This document shows positions 1 through 10,060 of a stretch of 64,000 nucleotides of DNA, piece after piece. A program made the translations under genes and the position numbers. Numbering within the stretch: position 1 is the first letter of the stretch; each line of letters starts with the position of its first letter. The stretch lies in assembly GCA_025933775.1 (NCBI GenBank), contig JAICZH010000001.1, forward strand, positions 7,237 to 71,236. The letters are read 5' to 3'. This DNA comes from Chitinophagaceae bacterium (lineage in GTDB: Bacteria > Bacteroidota > Bacteroidia > Chitinophagales > Chitinophagaceae). The notes under the pieces are model-generated. The model was not told where the DNA came from. It made no database searches and saw only the letters and a program-made list of their open reading frames with translations.

Positions 1-1
1 G

Positions 2-1264
2 TATGGCATTGGTCAATGGAATGTAAATCATACAGCCGGTTGGGGCTGGGCTATCACTAACTTTGTTTGGTGGATTGGTATCGGGCACGCCGGTACTTTA
101 ATTTCTGCAATTCTTTTACTTTTCAGGCAGGGCTGGAGAACAGGCGTAAACAGGGCTGCGGAAGCGATGACGATATTTGCAGTTATATGCGCTGGCATGT
201 TTCCGGTATTTCACGTAGGCCGTGTATGGGTTGCTTTTTATATGTTTCCTTATCCGAATAGCCGCGGCCCTCTTTGGCCTAATTTTAATTCAGCCTTATT
301 GTGGGATGTATTTGCAGTATCAACTTATTTTACTGTTTCATTATTATTCTGGTACACAGGTTTATTGCCGGATTTGGCAACTGTTCGTGACAGGGCTAAA
401 ACAAAATTCAGGAAATTCTTTTATGGCTTAACTGCTTTTGGATGGACGGGCAGCACCAAACACTGGCAGCGCCTCGAAAGCCTTGCATTGGTTTTAGCAG
501 GCTTAGCCACTCCTCTTGTATTATCTGTGCACACAATAGTATCTATGGATTTTGCCACATCCGTAATTCCCGGATGGCATACAACTATATTCCCGCCTTA
601 TTTTGTTGCCGGGGCTATATTTTCAGGATTTGCTATGGTGCAATCACTTTTGATAATATCCAGAAAAGTGATGCATCTTGAAGATTATATTACTATAGGG
701 CATATTGAAGCCATGAATAAAATAATTGTGCTTACCGGTTCTATTGTTGGTTTTGCATACATATCCGAATTGTTTATTGCCTGGTATAGCCAAAATCCAA
801 ATGAATGGTGGGCTTTTCGCCAAAGCCGCGTAAATATTTTTAGCCCTTATGGGTGGGCATATTATGGTATGATGTTTTGCAATGTTGTTTCACCACAGCT
901 TTTCTGGTCAAGAAAATTAAGAAGGAATGTAACCTTTACCTTCTTTATGGCGGTGCTGGTAAATATTGGTATGTGGTTCGAGCGGTTTGTAATTATTTTT
1001 ACTTCTATATATCGGGATTATGTTCCGGCATCATGGAGCACTTATTACAGCCCTTCCATTTGGGAAGTCGGGTTTTATTTAGGTACATTCGGGCTTTTCT
1101 TTACTCTCTATCTTTTATTTTCGAAATATTTCCCGGTAATTGCTGTGGCAGAAATTAAAGCTATATTAAAAACCAGTGGTGAAAATTATAAAAAGAAAAT
1201 GACACCAATGGAAAAAATGGATACGGAAAAATTTTATATAGAAGAAGTGGAACATGTGCATTAA
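2..1264 (+). CDS. actC: Alternative complex III subunit ActC (NrfD/polysulfide reductase family), 5' truncated by window edge
   Basis: Frame open from base 2 ([56 protein letters not shown]...) continuing into track ORF 167-1264; multi-TM NrfD motifs; followed by actD/E/F. Confidence 0.93.
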   Translation, partial: YGIGQWNVNHTAGWGWAITNFVWWIGIGHAGTLISAILLLFRQGWRTGVNRAAEAMTIFAVICAGMFPVFHVGRVWVAFYMFPYPNSRGPLWPNFNSALLWDVFAVSTYFTVSLLFWYTGLLPDLATVRDRAKTKFRKFFYGLTAFGWTGSTKHWQRLESLALVLAGLATPLVLSVHTIVSMDFATSVIPGWHTTIFPPYFVAGAIFSGFAMVQSLLIISRKVMHLEDYITIGHIEAMNKIIVLTGSIVGFAYISELFIAWYSQNPNEWWAFRQSRVNIFSPYGWAYYGMMFCNVVSPQLFWSRKLRRNVTFTFFMAVLVNIGMWFERFVIIFTSIYRDYVPASWSTYYSPSIWEVGFYLGTFGLFFTLYLLFSKYFPVIAVAEIKAILKTSGENYKKKMTPMEKMDTEKFYIEEVEHVH

Positions 1265-1265
1265 G

Positions 1266-1392
1266 GCCACCTAATTCCTCCGATGAGAGGACTTTCAAAG
1301 GCTTTAAATATTTATAGTGAAAAAAATAACGGAAATCTTAAATAGTAATAATACACTTTAAAAGTCCCGATGCTTCGGGATTTGAAGGAGGC
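1266..1392. repeat. Inverted pair of degenerate REP-like palindromes (REP doublet) between actC and actD
   Basis: Left 1266-1295 reverse-complements to AAAGTCCTCTCATCGGAGGAATTAGGTGGC; right 1361-1392 reads AAAGTCCCGATGCTTCGGGATTTGAAGGAGGC; AT-rich spacer. Confidence 0.6.
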
Positions 1393-1398
1393 AATTAT

Positions 1399-1983
1399 AT
1401 GAGAAAAAAATTTATTGTAGGCGCTTTTGACGATGAAAAGGTTTTATTTCCTGCTGTAAAAAATGTAAGAAAAGCAGGATATAAAATTCATGACGTTTAT
1501 ACTCCATTCCCGATTCATGGCCTTGATCATGCGTTGGGTTTGCGGGAAACAAGTCTTCATACAATGGGTTTTATTTATGGCATTACCGGAACCAGCATCG
1601 CTTTAGGTGGTATGAGTTGGATATTCACAACAGACTGGCCTTTGAATATTGGCGGTAAACCACATTTTCCGCTACCGGCGTTTATTCCCATTACATTTGA
1701 GCTTACGGTATTATTATCAGCAGTAGGAATGGTGTGGACGTTTTGCTGGCTTTGTAAAATGATGCCCGGAGTAAAAAAGCATCACTTTAACCTTAGATCA
1801 ACTGACGATCTAATGGTAATGGTGATTGAATGTACCTCAAAGACAAATGAAACCGAAGTGCAAAGTTTTTTACATAATAATGGTGCCTTCGATATAAACG
1901 TTCAGGAAGCTGAAGATGGATGGTGGTTTGGAAGATATGACAGAGAACAGAAATTGTATAAAACGGAAGAAGTGGGATACTAA
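1399..1983 (+). CDS. actD: Alternative complex III subunit ActD (DUF3341)
   Basis: DVYTPFPIHGLDHALG, GGKPHFPLPAFIPITFELTVL motifs; operon position. Confidence 0.9.
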   Translation: MRKKFIVGAFDDEKVLFPAVKNVRKAGYKIHDVYTPFPIHGLDHALGLRETSLHTMGFIYGITGTSIALGGMSWIFTTDWPLNIGGKPHFPLPAFIPITFELTVLLSAVGMVWTFCWLCKMMPGVKKHHFNLRSTDDLMVMVIECTSKTNETEVQSFLHNNGAFDINVQEAEDGWWFGRYDREQKLYKTEEVGY

Positions 1984-2067
1984 AAAAAATTGTTTAGAAA
2001 GTTGATAGTGCTTTAAAAGTTTAATTTGTTTACGAGTGAAAAATTTTTGATGAAGTTTATAAATTAT

Positions 2068-2703
2068 ATGAAAAGAATAAAAATTATTTTGGCATTTGTA
2101 TCAATAACAATCGTTGCAATTGTTTTCGAGAGCTGTGGTGGTAAACGTGAGCCCAATTATACTTATATGCCTGATATGGCTTACAGCAGGGCGTTTGAAG
2201 CTTACGACTCTAATAATTTAAAAAATGAAAATATAAATTATATTCCTTATCCTGTGGAAGGAACTATAAGAAGAGGCGATCTGTTTCCATACCCTTTGCC
2301 CAATGATTCCAACGGATATAAGATGAGCGCTCAGATAAAAGATCCTTTACCACCGCTTGATACGATTCAAATGGCGGAAGCGCAAAGGTTATTTAATATT
2401 AATTGCGCCATTTGCCATGGGCCAAAATTGGATGCACAAGGCCCGCTATCAACTGGCGGAAAAATACCGGCAGTAGCCAATCTTACATTGAAGCAGTATG
2501 TGGAAATGCCGGTAGGCACTATGTTTCATGTGGTAACTTATGGTAAAAATAATATGGGAAGCTATGCATCGCAGCTTACACGTGAACAAAGGTGGATGGT
2601 AATACAATATGTAAAATCGCAACAATTAAAAGGCAGCGCAGCCTCAGATTCTACAAAATCTTCTGGCACAGCTGCGAAAGATTCTACAACTATAAAAAAA
2701 TAA
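2068..2703 (+). CDS. actE: Alternative complex III monoheme cytochrome c lipoprotein ActE
   Basis: Lipoprotein signal (FESC), YMPDM motif, single CAICH; ATG 2068 preferred over track start 2026. Confidence 0.88.
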   Translation: MKRIKIILAFVSITIVAIVFESCGGKREPNYTYMPDMAYSRAFEAYDSNNLKNENINYIPYPVEGTIRRGDLFPYPLPNDSNGYKMSAQIKDPLPPLDTIQMAEAQRLFNINCAICHGPKLDAQGPLSTGGKIPAVANLTLKQYVEMPVGTMFHVVTYGKNNMGSYASQLTREQRWMVIQYVKSQQLKGSAASDSTKSSGTAAKDSTTIKK

Positions 2704-2731
2704 AAATTAATTCTAAAAATATTTTTTATTA

Positions 2732-3967
2732 ATGGATAATCAATATACAGTTTCGGCAGGGTATAAAAAATGGTCAACCCTATTTATGGCAATTGGATTG
2801 ATTACTTTAATATTAGGTTTTATTTTTTTAAATCCTTTTGCCGGTGCAAATGGCGAAAATTTAAACAGCACACGTTTTTGGGCTGTGATGATGCAAAACT
2901 GTATGTTCTGGTTATTTTTAGTGAATATTGCCACATTTTTTATTGTTATATCTATATTGGCTATGTCGGGCTGGCAAACTTCTTTCCGCCGTGTAACCGA
3001 AGCGCTTTCATCGGCCGTTCCTATAATAGGAGTTATAACATTTGTTGTAATGTTATGCGTGATATTTGGCCAGCGGGGCGATATTTATCCATGGACAGAT
3101 CCGGGAATTGTAAAAAACAGTAAAGCGCTTCAGGGCAAATCAGGATTTTTAAATCCAACCTTTTATATTATTGCTTCAATTATATGCATTGGTTTCTGGT
3201 CATTAGTAAGTATAAAATTAAGAGCCTTTAGTAAAGAAGCCGACCAAATGGGAACTATGGATTATGCCACCGGCAAAAAATGGTTTAACCGAAATACAAT
3301 ATGGGCGTCATTTTATATTATTATGTTTGGACTTACGGTGGGTTCTATTATTCCGTGGCTATGGATAATGAGCATGGAACCTCTTTGGTTCAGTACAATG
3401 TTTAGCTGGTACACCTTTGGAAGCACTTTTGTTTCGGGCATTGCATTAATTACTATTTTTGTAATTTATTTCAAAAACCAGGGGCAGCTTGAGTTTGTTA
3501 CACAGGAGCATCTACAGGATTTGGGAAAATATATGTTTGCCTTTTCAATTTTCTGGACTTACTTATGGTTTGAACAATTTCTTTTAATATGGTACGGCAA
3601 CCTTCCTGAAGAAACCATTTACTTTAAAATAAGATTACAGGGGCCTTACGAAGGGTTATTTTATTTAAACATTATTTTAAATTTTGTTTGTCCTATTTTA
3701 ATATTTATGAAAAAAGCTACCAAGCGTAATTATACAATTGTAACTTTTATGTGCATACTCATTCTTTTTGGACATTGGATTGATTTTTATATAATGGTAA
3801 TGCCCGGAACAGTAAAGTTTCATCCGCACCTAAGTTGGTTTGAGTTTGGAATTCCGATTGGATTTCTTGGATTAATCATGTGGCGTGTGGGACGCTTTGC
3901 CTCTACAACTCCAATGACAGCCATGAATGACCCTTTCCTGAAAGAAAGCGTTGTACATCACACATAA
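2732..3967 (+). CDS. actF: Alternative complex III subunit ActF
   Basis: Multi-TM; WFSTMFSWY, DLGKYMFAFSIFWTYLWF, IWYGNLPEET motifs. Confidence 0.9.
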   Translation: MDNQYTVSAGYKKWSTLFMAIGLITLILGFIFLNPFAGANGENLNSTRFWAVMMQNCMFWLFLVNIATFFIVISILAMSGWQTSFRRVTEALSSAVPIIGVITFVVMLCVIFGQRGDIYPWTDPGIVKNSKALQGKSGFLNPTFYIIASIICIGFWSLVSIKLRAFSKEADQMGTMDYATGKKWFNRNTIWASFYIIMFGLTVGSIIPWLWIMSMEPLWFSTMFSWYTFGSTFVSGIALITIFVIYFKNQGQLEFVTQEHLQDLGKYMFAFSIFWTYLWFEQFLLIWYGNLPEETIYFKIRLQGPYEGLFYLNIILNFVCPILIFMKKATKRNYTIVTFMCILILFGHWIDFYIMVMPGTVKFHPHLSWFEFGIPIGFLGLIMWRVGRFASTTPMTAMNDPFLKESVVHHT

Positions 3968-4041
3968 TATTGAAAGATAAATTGAATAAAAAAATAAAAT
4001 ATAAACAATAGAATTTTATAAATTTTAAAATAATTCAAAAG

Positions 4042-4049
4042 TACCTTTG
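4042..4049 (+). promoter_or_regulatory. Bacteroidota -7 promoter element upstream of coxB
   Basis: TACCTTTG matches TAnnTTTG, ~40 nt before the coxB ATG. Confidence 0.6.
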
Positions 4050-4089
4050 CGCCTGTGTTTAACGGCTACATTGGAGAAAACAAAGAATC

Positions 4090-5142
4090 ATGACTGACTT
4101 TTTTTTGATAGCGATCATTGTACTTTTTTTTCTGATTATTTTTCAGATATCAAAGGCAAGTGAATATGTAAGCGTATTAAAGGGTGAAGAAAAATCCAGG
4201 AGACAAAATAATAAAGTAAATGGATTTTTTATGATTGCCTTTTTGGTAGCCGGACTTATAGGCGTATGGTATTGCAATAAACTTTATTATCCAAAAACTT
4301 TATTTCCACAGGGCGCCGCTTCCGCCGAAGGAAAAAATATTGATACCATGCTTTGGATAACTATTGCAGTAACTGGCGCAGTTTTTTTTGCAACGCAAAT
4401 ATTATTATTTTGGTTTTCATTTCGCTACCAGGAAAGTGATAAAAAGAAGCCGTTATATTTTACCCATAGTAATAAATTAGAATTGATCTGGACGGGGATT
4501 CCGGCAATTGTATTAACCGTATTAGTAGTGTTTGGTTTAAAGTATTGGTTTCAATTTACATCTGCTGCACCGAAAGGATCTCAACTCATTGAAATAACCG
4601 GCCATCAATTTGGATGGGAAATAAGATATCCGGGTAAAGATGGTATGTTAGGCAGAAAATATTATAAACTTACCGACCCTGCCAAAAACAATCCACTTGG
4701 GGTTGACTGGGCCGATGCGGCCAGCCATGATGATATTCATGTAACAACTACCATGCATGTTGTTGTAAACAGACCTGTAAAGCTGGTAATAAATTCGCAG
4801 GATGTAATACACGATGTAGGGCTACCTGCATTTCGTATGAAAATGGATGCCGTGCCGGGAACGCCCACTACCATGTGGTTTACGCCCATTTATACTACGG
4901 CGCAAATGAAAGAAAAAACCGGTAACCCTGATTTTACTTATGAAATTGCCTGCGATCAATTGTGTGGAAAGGGACATTTTGGTATGCGTGGAGTAATAAT
5001 CGTAGAAACACAAGCTGAGTTTGATGCATACATGGCAACTCAAAAACCCGAATATTATAAAGCTTTTCCCGAATTAGATCCGGATAAAAAACCGGCATCT
5101 GATTCAACTGCTAAAACAGTAGCACAAAATATTAAAAAATAA
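4090..5142 (+). CDS. coxB: Cytochrome c oxidase subunit II
   Basis: ELIWTGIP, DVIH, CuA motif CDQLCGKGHFGM. Confidence 0.95.
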   Translation: MTDFFLIAIIVLFFLIIFQISKASEYVSVLKGEEKSRRQNNKVNGFFMIAFLVAGLIGVWYCNKLYYPKTLFPQGAASAEGKNIDTMLWITIAVTGAVFFATQILLFWFSFRYQESDKKKPLYFTHSNKLELIWTGIPAIVLTVLVVFGLKYWFQFTSAAPKGSQLIEITGHQFGWEIRYPGKDGMLGRKYYKLTDPAKNNPLGVDWADAASHDDIHVTTTMHVVVNRPVKLVINSQDVIHDVGLPAFRMKMDAVPGTPTTMWFTPIYTTAQMKEKTGNPDFTYEIACDQLCGKGHFGMRGVIIVETQAEFDAYMATQKPEYYKAFPELDPDKKPASDSTAKTVAQNIKK

Positions 5143-5174
5143 ATTTCAGCCTTTGGCTATAAAAAAATATCATT

Positions 5175-6983
5175 ATGAATAACGAAGAAGTTTCGCATGA
5201 ACAATCGCTGGTGGTGCACGATTTAGGCCACGCTGCTCATGTGCATCATCACAAACAATCTTTTATTACAAAATATATTTTTAGCCAGGATCATAAAATT
5301 ATCTCCAGGCAATTTCTTATTACCGGAATAATATGGGCTTTGATTGGGGGCTTATTCTCAGTAATATTCCGTTTGCAATTAGGTTATCCCGATTCTACCT
5401 TTCCTTTTTTGCAGGATCTATTAGGCCATTGGGCGCCAGGCGGCAAGCTCGATCCTGAATTTTATTATGCATTAGTTACCATGCACGGAACTATTCTCGT
5501 ATTCTTTGTATTAACCGCAGGATTAAGCGGAACATTTGCCAACTTTTTAATTCCCTTGCAGGTTGGCGCAAGAGATATGGCGTCTCCGTTTTTAAATATG
5601 TTATCGTACTGGTTTTTCTTTTCTGCATCCATTGTTATGTTTTGTTCTTTGTTTTTACAAACGGGACCAGCAAGCGGCGGATGGACGATTTATCCCCCCT
5701 TAAGCGCTTTAGGTGATGCAATGAGTGGCTCCAAAACAGGTATGGATATGTGGCTTGCTTCTATGGGGCTGTTTATCATTTCTCAATTGCTTGCAGGTTT
5801 AAATTATATCACCACTATCCTTAACATGCGTACCAAAGGAATGAGCATGACCCGACTGCCATTAACCATCTGGTCTTTATTTTTTACGGCGGTTCTTGGA
5901 GTATTATCTTTCCCGGTATTATTATCAGCAGTTGTATTATTATTGTTTGATCGTCATCTGGGTACTAGTTTCTTTTTAAGCGATATTGTAATTGGGGGAA
6001 AAATTTTGCCAAATGAAGGAGGAAGCCCTATTTTATTTCAACACTTATTTTGGTTTTTGGGCCATCCTGAAGTGTATATTATTGCTTTACCGGCAATGGG
6101 TATCACTTCAGAAGTTATATCGGTCAATTCAAGAAAGCCCATCTTTGGATATATGGCAATGGTAGGATCCTTTTTTGCAATTGCTGCATTATCATTTATG
6201 GTATGGGCACATCACATGTTTGTAACGGGATTAAATCCTTTCCTGGGTTCATTCTTTGTATTGCTTACTTTATTAATTGCGGTGCCTTCGGCCATTAAAG
6301 TATTTAATTGGCTTACTACATTATGGAAAGGAAGCATTCGGTTTACACCGGGGATGCTTTTTGCAATTGGGTTTGTAAGTTTATTTATATCCGGGGGGCT
6401 TACCGGCATCTGGCTTGGTAATTCTTCATTAGATATTCATTTGCACGACACGTATTTTGTAGTAGCACACTTTCATCTGGTGATGGGCGTAGCATCTATG
6501 TTTGGAATGTTTGCGGGCGTGTATCATTGGTTCCCCAAAATGTTTGGAAGGTATATGAATAATACACTTTCTTATATCCATTTTTGGATAACGATTGCCG
6601 GGGCTTATTGCATCTTTTGGCCAATGCATTATGAAGGGTTAGCAGGCATGCCAAGGCGTTATTATGATTTTAGTAATTGGGAATCTTTCAAGATGTTTGG
6701 AGGGCTTAATGAATTTATAAGTGTGGTAGCTTTGATAGTTTTTGCAACTCAATTATTATTTATTTTCAATTTCTTTTATTCAATATTTAAAGGAAGAAAA
6801 GTTACCACTCCCAATCCCTGGGGCGCCACCACTTTGGAATGGACTACACCCATAAGGCCGGGACATGGAAACTGGATAAGTGAAATTCCTGAAGTGTATC
6901 GCTGGCCGTACGATTACGGCAAAGATGGAAGAGATTTTATTCCACAAACAGAGCCAGTGGGAGAAAATGAGAATCGTCATTAA
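5175..6983 (+). CDS. coxA: Cytochrome c oxidase subunit I (A1-type heme-copper oxidase)
   Basis: HGT, WFLGHPEVY, WAHHMF, HDTYFVVAHFH motifs. Confidence 0.97.
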   Translation: MNNEEVSHEQSLVVHDLGHAAHVHHHKQSFITKYIFSQDHKIISRQFLITGIIWALIGGLFSVIFRLQLGYPDSTFPFLQDLLGHWAPGGKLDPEFYYALVTMHGTILVFFVLTAGLSGTFANFLIPLQVGARDMASPFLNMLSYWFFFSASIVMFCSLFLQTGPASGGWTIYPPLSALGDAMSGSKTGMDMWLASMGLFIISQLLAGLNYITTILNMRTKGMSMTRLPLTIWSLFFTAVLGVLSFPVLLSAVVLLLFDRHLGTSFFLSDIVIGGKILPNEGGSPILFQHLFWFLGHPEVYIIALPAMGITSEVISVNSRKPIFGYMAMVGSFFAIAALSFMVWAHHMFVTGLNPFLGSFFVLLTLLIAVPSAIKVFNWLTTLWKGSIRFTPGMLFAIGFVSLFISGGLTGIWLGNSSLDIHLHDTYFVVAHFHLVMGVASMFGMFAGVYHWFPKMFGRYMNNTLSYIHFWITIAGAYCIFWPMHYEGLAGMPRRYYDFSNWESFKMFGGLNEFISVVALIVFATQLLFIFNFFYSIFKGRKVTTPNPWGATTLEWTTPIRPGHGNWISEIPEVYRWPYDYGKDGRDFIPQTEPVGENENRH

Positions 6984-7028
6984 TTGAAAGGGCATCTTTT
7001 AATGACAAAGAATTGTAAATTATAATAT

Positions 7029-7054
7029 GCCCTGAAGAATATTCAGGGCTTTTT
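7029..7054 (+). terminator. Intrinsic terminator after coxA
   Basis: GCCCTGAA-GAATA-TTCAGGGC followed by T5. Confidence 0.7.
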
Positions 7055-7070
7055 AAAATAGAATTTTTAG

Positions 7071-7973
7071 ATGAACAATGTGGCCACTAGTGTATCAAAT
7101 TCAGCTTCGTTTGCATTGGCAAGTAAGGTGAAAGATTATTTTCAGCTTATAAAATTTACTTTAAGCTTTACAGTTGTGTTTAGCTGCGTAGTTTGTTATT
7201 TGCTTGCGCCCCATATACAATTCAATTTTATTGAAGTTCTTTTATTATTTGTTGCGGGAATGTTGATCACAGGATCGGCAAATGCCATAAATCAAACGGT
7301 TGAGAAAGATACGGATGCATTAATGAAAAGAACGGCAAGCCGACCTGTAGCGGCAGGAAGGATGCATGAAAATGAAGCATGGGCTTTTGCAATTATTACG
7401 GGAATAACAGGAATTCTTTTAATGGGCTTTTATTTTAATTGGCCAAGCGCTGCCTTGGGCTTATGTAGTTTATTATTGTATGCATTTGTATATACACCGC
7501 TAAAAAAAATAAATTCAATTTCCGTTTTAGTTGGTGCATTTCCGGGGGCATTACCATGCCTAATTGGATGGGTGGCAGCAACTGGAAAATTGGGCATGGG
7601 AGGATGGATATTATTCGGCATTCAATTTTTATGGCAGTTTCCACATTTCTGGGCGATAGCATGGGTGGCTCATAAAGATTATGCAAGAGCCGGCTTCAAA
7701 TTATTGCCGGGCACTGAAGGCCCCACGAAATTTACAGCGCTTCAATCAGTTGTTTATTCGATGCTGATGATACCCGTAGGAATGCTCCCTTTTTATGCAC
7801 ATATAAGCGGAGTAACTTCATTTTGGATAATACTTGCCTGTAATCTTTCTATGGTGTACTTAAGCATAAGATTATTTACAAAAACCAATGTACAAGCAGC
7901 TCGCAGAGTAATGTTCGGATCATATTTTTACTTGGTGGTAGTTTTTTTATCTCTTTTATTTGATAAAATATAA
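7071..7973 (+). CDS. cyoE: Heme O synthase (protoheme IX farnesyltransferase)
   Basis: DALMKRTASRP, YTPLKK, WQFPHFWAIAW motifs. Confidence 0.95.
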   Translation: MNNVATSVSNSASFALASKVKDYFQLIKFTLSFTVVFSCVVCYLLAPHIQFNFIEVLLLFVAGMLITGSANAINQTVEKDTDALMKRTASRPVAAGRMHENEAWAFAIITGITGILLMGFYFNWPSAALGLCSLLLYAFVYTPLKKINSISVLVGAFPGALPCLIGWVAATGKLGMGGWILFGIQFLWQFPHFWAIAWVAHKDYARAGFKLLPGTEGPTKFTALQSVVYSMLMIPVGMLPFYAHISGVTSFWIILACNLSMVYLSIRLFTKTNVQAARRVMFGSYFYLVVVFLSLLFDKI

Positions 7974-8034
7974 TTAACAACGCTCTGTAAGTTTTAAAAT
8001 GAATAAAATTAGGTTACTTTAGAAAAGATAATTT

Positions 8035-8601
8035 ATGATAGCTGTGATGAAGGAACAAAAAAACAAAATACATCCACACAAATTCACTTTGTGGGTTGCA
8101 CTGGCAAGTATTGTAATGATGTTTACCGGCTTCACGAGCGCTTACATTGTGAAACGCAATATGGCCAACTGGATTTCATTTCAGTTACCTAAAATTTTCT
8201 GGTATTCAACAGCAGTAATTATTATAAGTAGTATAACAATTATATTAAGTCGTAATTGTTTTCGCAGAAGAGAAATGAAACAATACAGGCTTTGGCTTGC
8301 TTCAACGCTTGTATTGGGAGTGATATTTGTTTGTTTACAATACATTGGCTTTACACAATTATGGCATTCCGGCATTACACTTACCAAAAATGTATCGTTC
8401 TCATTTTTATATATTATTGTAGGGTTGCATGCCGTGCATGTATTAGGTGGCGTGATAGCGCTATTGGTTGTGTTGATAAAGGCATATAACGTAAAGAGAA
8501 AAAATTATAACATCGTTCCTGTTGATCTTATGAATACCTATTGGCATTTTGTAGATCTGCTATGGATTTATTTATTATTATTTTTAGTAATGATACGATA
8601 A
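8035..8601 (+). CDS. Cytochrome c oxidase subunit III-like protein
   Basis: GLHAVHVLGG, YWHFVDLLWIYL. Confidence 0.9.
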   Translation: MIAVMKEQKNKIHPHKFTLWVALASIVMMFTGFTSAYIVKRNMANWISFQLPKIFWYSTAVIIISSITIILSRNCFRRREMKQYRLWLASTLVLGVIFVCLQYIGFTQLWHSGITLTKNVSFSFLYIIVGLHAVHVLGGVIALLVVLIKAYNVKRKNYNIVPVDLMNTYWHFVDLLWIYLLLFLVMIR

Positions 8602-8743
8602 TACAATTTGAAAATTTGAAAATGGCTCAATATGAAAATTATGGATAGAAGAGTTTAAGAATTACCGGAAAGAGGTATTGACAATTAAGCATACAACAAT
8701 TGAGCAATTAATTTATTTTTGTAACCATCTTTAAAAAAAATAA

Positions 8744-9478
8744 ATGGAAACAGCGCTGGCACGAACCAAAACGCACTTGTGGGGCGGCGGAAGAAGCCCT
8801 TTCAATGTTAGCTACGGGAAGCTAATGATGTGGTATTTTTTAATGAGCGACTCATTTACCTTCGGGGCATTTTTAATTTCTTACGGCTCCATTCGGTTCA
8901 GCCTTAATTATTGGGTTAATCATAATTATGTATTTAATGAGTTTCCTTTCACAGAGGCTAACCTACCGCTTGCATTTGTAAGTTTGATGACGTTCATTCT
9001 TATCTTCAGCTCTGTTACAATGGTACTGGCAGTGCATGAAGGGCATAAAATGAACAAGAAAGGAGTAGAAAAATGGTTGGCATTAACGATACTTGGCGGT
9101 CTTTGCTTTTTGGGTTCTCAGGCGTGGGAATGGACGGGGCTTATTACCGGCCATCATAAAGTATTAGTGGATGGAGCTATACAATATTGGGGAACTACCG
9201 TAAGCCACAATCCATGGGGGCCGAAAGTTTTATTTCATGGAGAAATGGTAGCAACGCCCGGGCCTGTGGCGTTTGGAGGGTACTTTTTTGGTATCACCGG
9301 GTTTCATGGTTTTCACGTTTTCACAGGCGTTATCATCAACAGTATTATGCTCACAAAAACAAGACTCGGCCATTTTGAAAAACGCGGCCATTATGAAATG
9401 ATTGAAAAAGCCGGCCTTTACTGGCATTTCGTTGATCTCGTTTGGGTTTTTGTATTCCTTTGTTTTTATTTAATCTAA
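8744..9478 (+). CDS. Cytochrome c oxidase subunit III
   Basis: SDSFTFGAFL, ITGFHGFHV, GLYWHFVDLVWVFVF. Confidence 0.92.
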   Translation: METALARTKTHLWGGGRSPFNVSYGKLMMWYFLMSDSFTFGAFLISYGSIRFSLNYWVNHNYVFNEFPFTEANLPLAFVSLMTFILIFSSVTMVLAVHEGHKMNKKGVEKWLALTILGGLCFLGSQAWEWTGLITGHHKVLVDGAIQYWGTTVSHNPWGPKVLFHGEMVATPGPVAFGGYFFGITGFHGFHVFTGVIINSIMLTKTRLGHFEKRGHYEMIEKAGLYWHFVDLVWVFVFLCFYLI

Positions 9479-9531
9479 AAAGAATTTTTAAAACTTACTC
9501 TACTATTTTTATTAAAAGAAACTGAAAAAAT

Positions 9532-9975
9532 ATGTCTGCAATTACCACAGCCCATGCCATTGATCCGGAACATAACAAGGCACAGGTGAAAAGAATTTGG
9601 AAAGCTTTTTGGATATTACTTGTTCTTACCATCTTAGAGCTAGCACTTGGATTGACGATTTATAACATTGAATTAAACGCCAATTACAATGAGCATTTAG
9701 TATTGGCACTAAAAGGAACCATATGCATTCTCACTTTGGCAAAAGCATTCTATATTATTTCCATTTTTATGCATTTGGGCGATGAAGTACGAAATCTTAT
9801 TATGTCGCTTGCTGTTCCTGCATTGTCTTTTATATGGTTTATCTTTGCATTCATTTATGATGGCAACAGTTTTAAAAATTTGAGAAATACGGATGCAGGA
9901 AGTCATCCCAGTATTGAGAATGTACAACAACATCCTGCAGCTACACCTGCTATAAAAGAAGGAGAAAAAAATTAA
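9532..9975 (+). CDS. Cytochrome c oxidase subunit IV family protein
   Basis: LTLAKAFYIISIFMHLGDE motif, 3 TM, operon position. Confidence 0.85.
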   Translation: MSAITTAHAIDPEHNKAQVKRIWKAFWILLVLTILELALGLTIYNIELNANYNEHLVLALKGTICILTLAKAFYIISIFMHLGDEVRNLIMSLAVPALSFIWFIFAFIYDGNSFKNLRNTDAGSHPSIENVQQHPAATPAIKEGEKN

Positions 9976-10003
9976 TAATAATTTATTGTTCATTTTTTAA
10001 AAA

Positions 10004-10029
10004 TAATTTCGTTTAGCCATCGCCGTTAG
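10004..10029 (-). repeat. Dispersed gene-end motif, copy E (CTAACGGCGATGGCTAAACGAAATTA)
   Basis: Matches the six-copy consensus TAACGGYDAYGSVTAHACG. Confidence 0.75.
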
Positions 10030-10060
10030 TGATGGTTTTTTGTTTTATAAACCTGCGATA

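Noticed and set aside
4945-4990. CuA motif CDQLCG instead of CxExC
   Set aside because: This position contributes a backbone carbonyl to CuA and, as I recall, varies in Bacteroidota; both Cys, both His and Met are present.
8035-9478. Two subunit III genes as a novel duplication
   Set aside because: This is the usual arrangement in Bacteroidota aa3 oxidase clusters; ACIII-aa3 linkage is already characterised in Flavobacterium johnsoniae.
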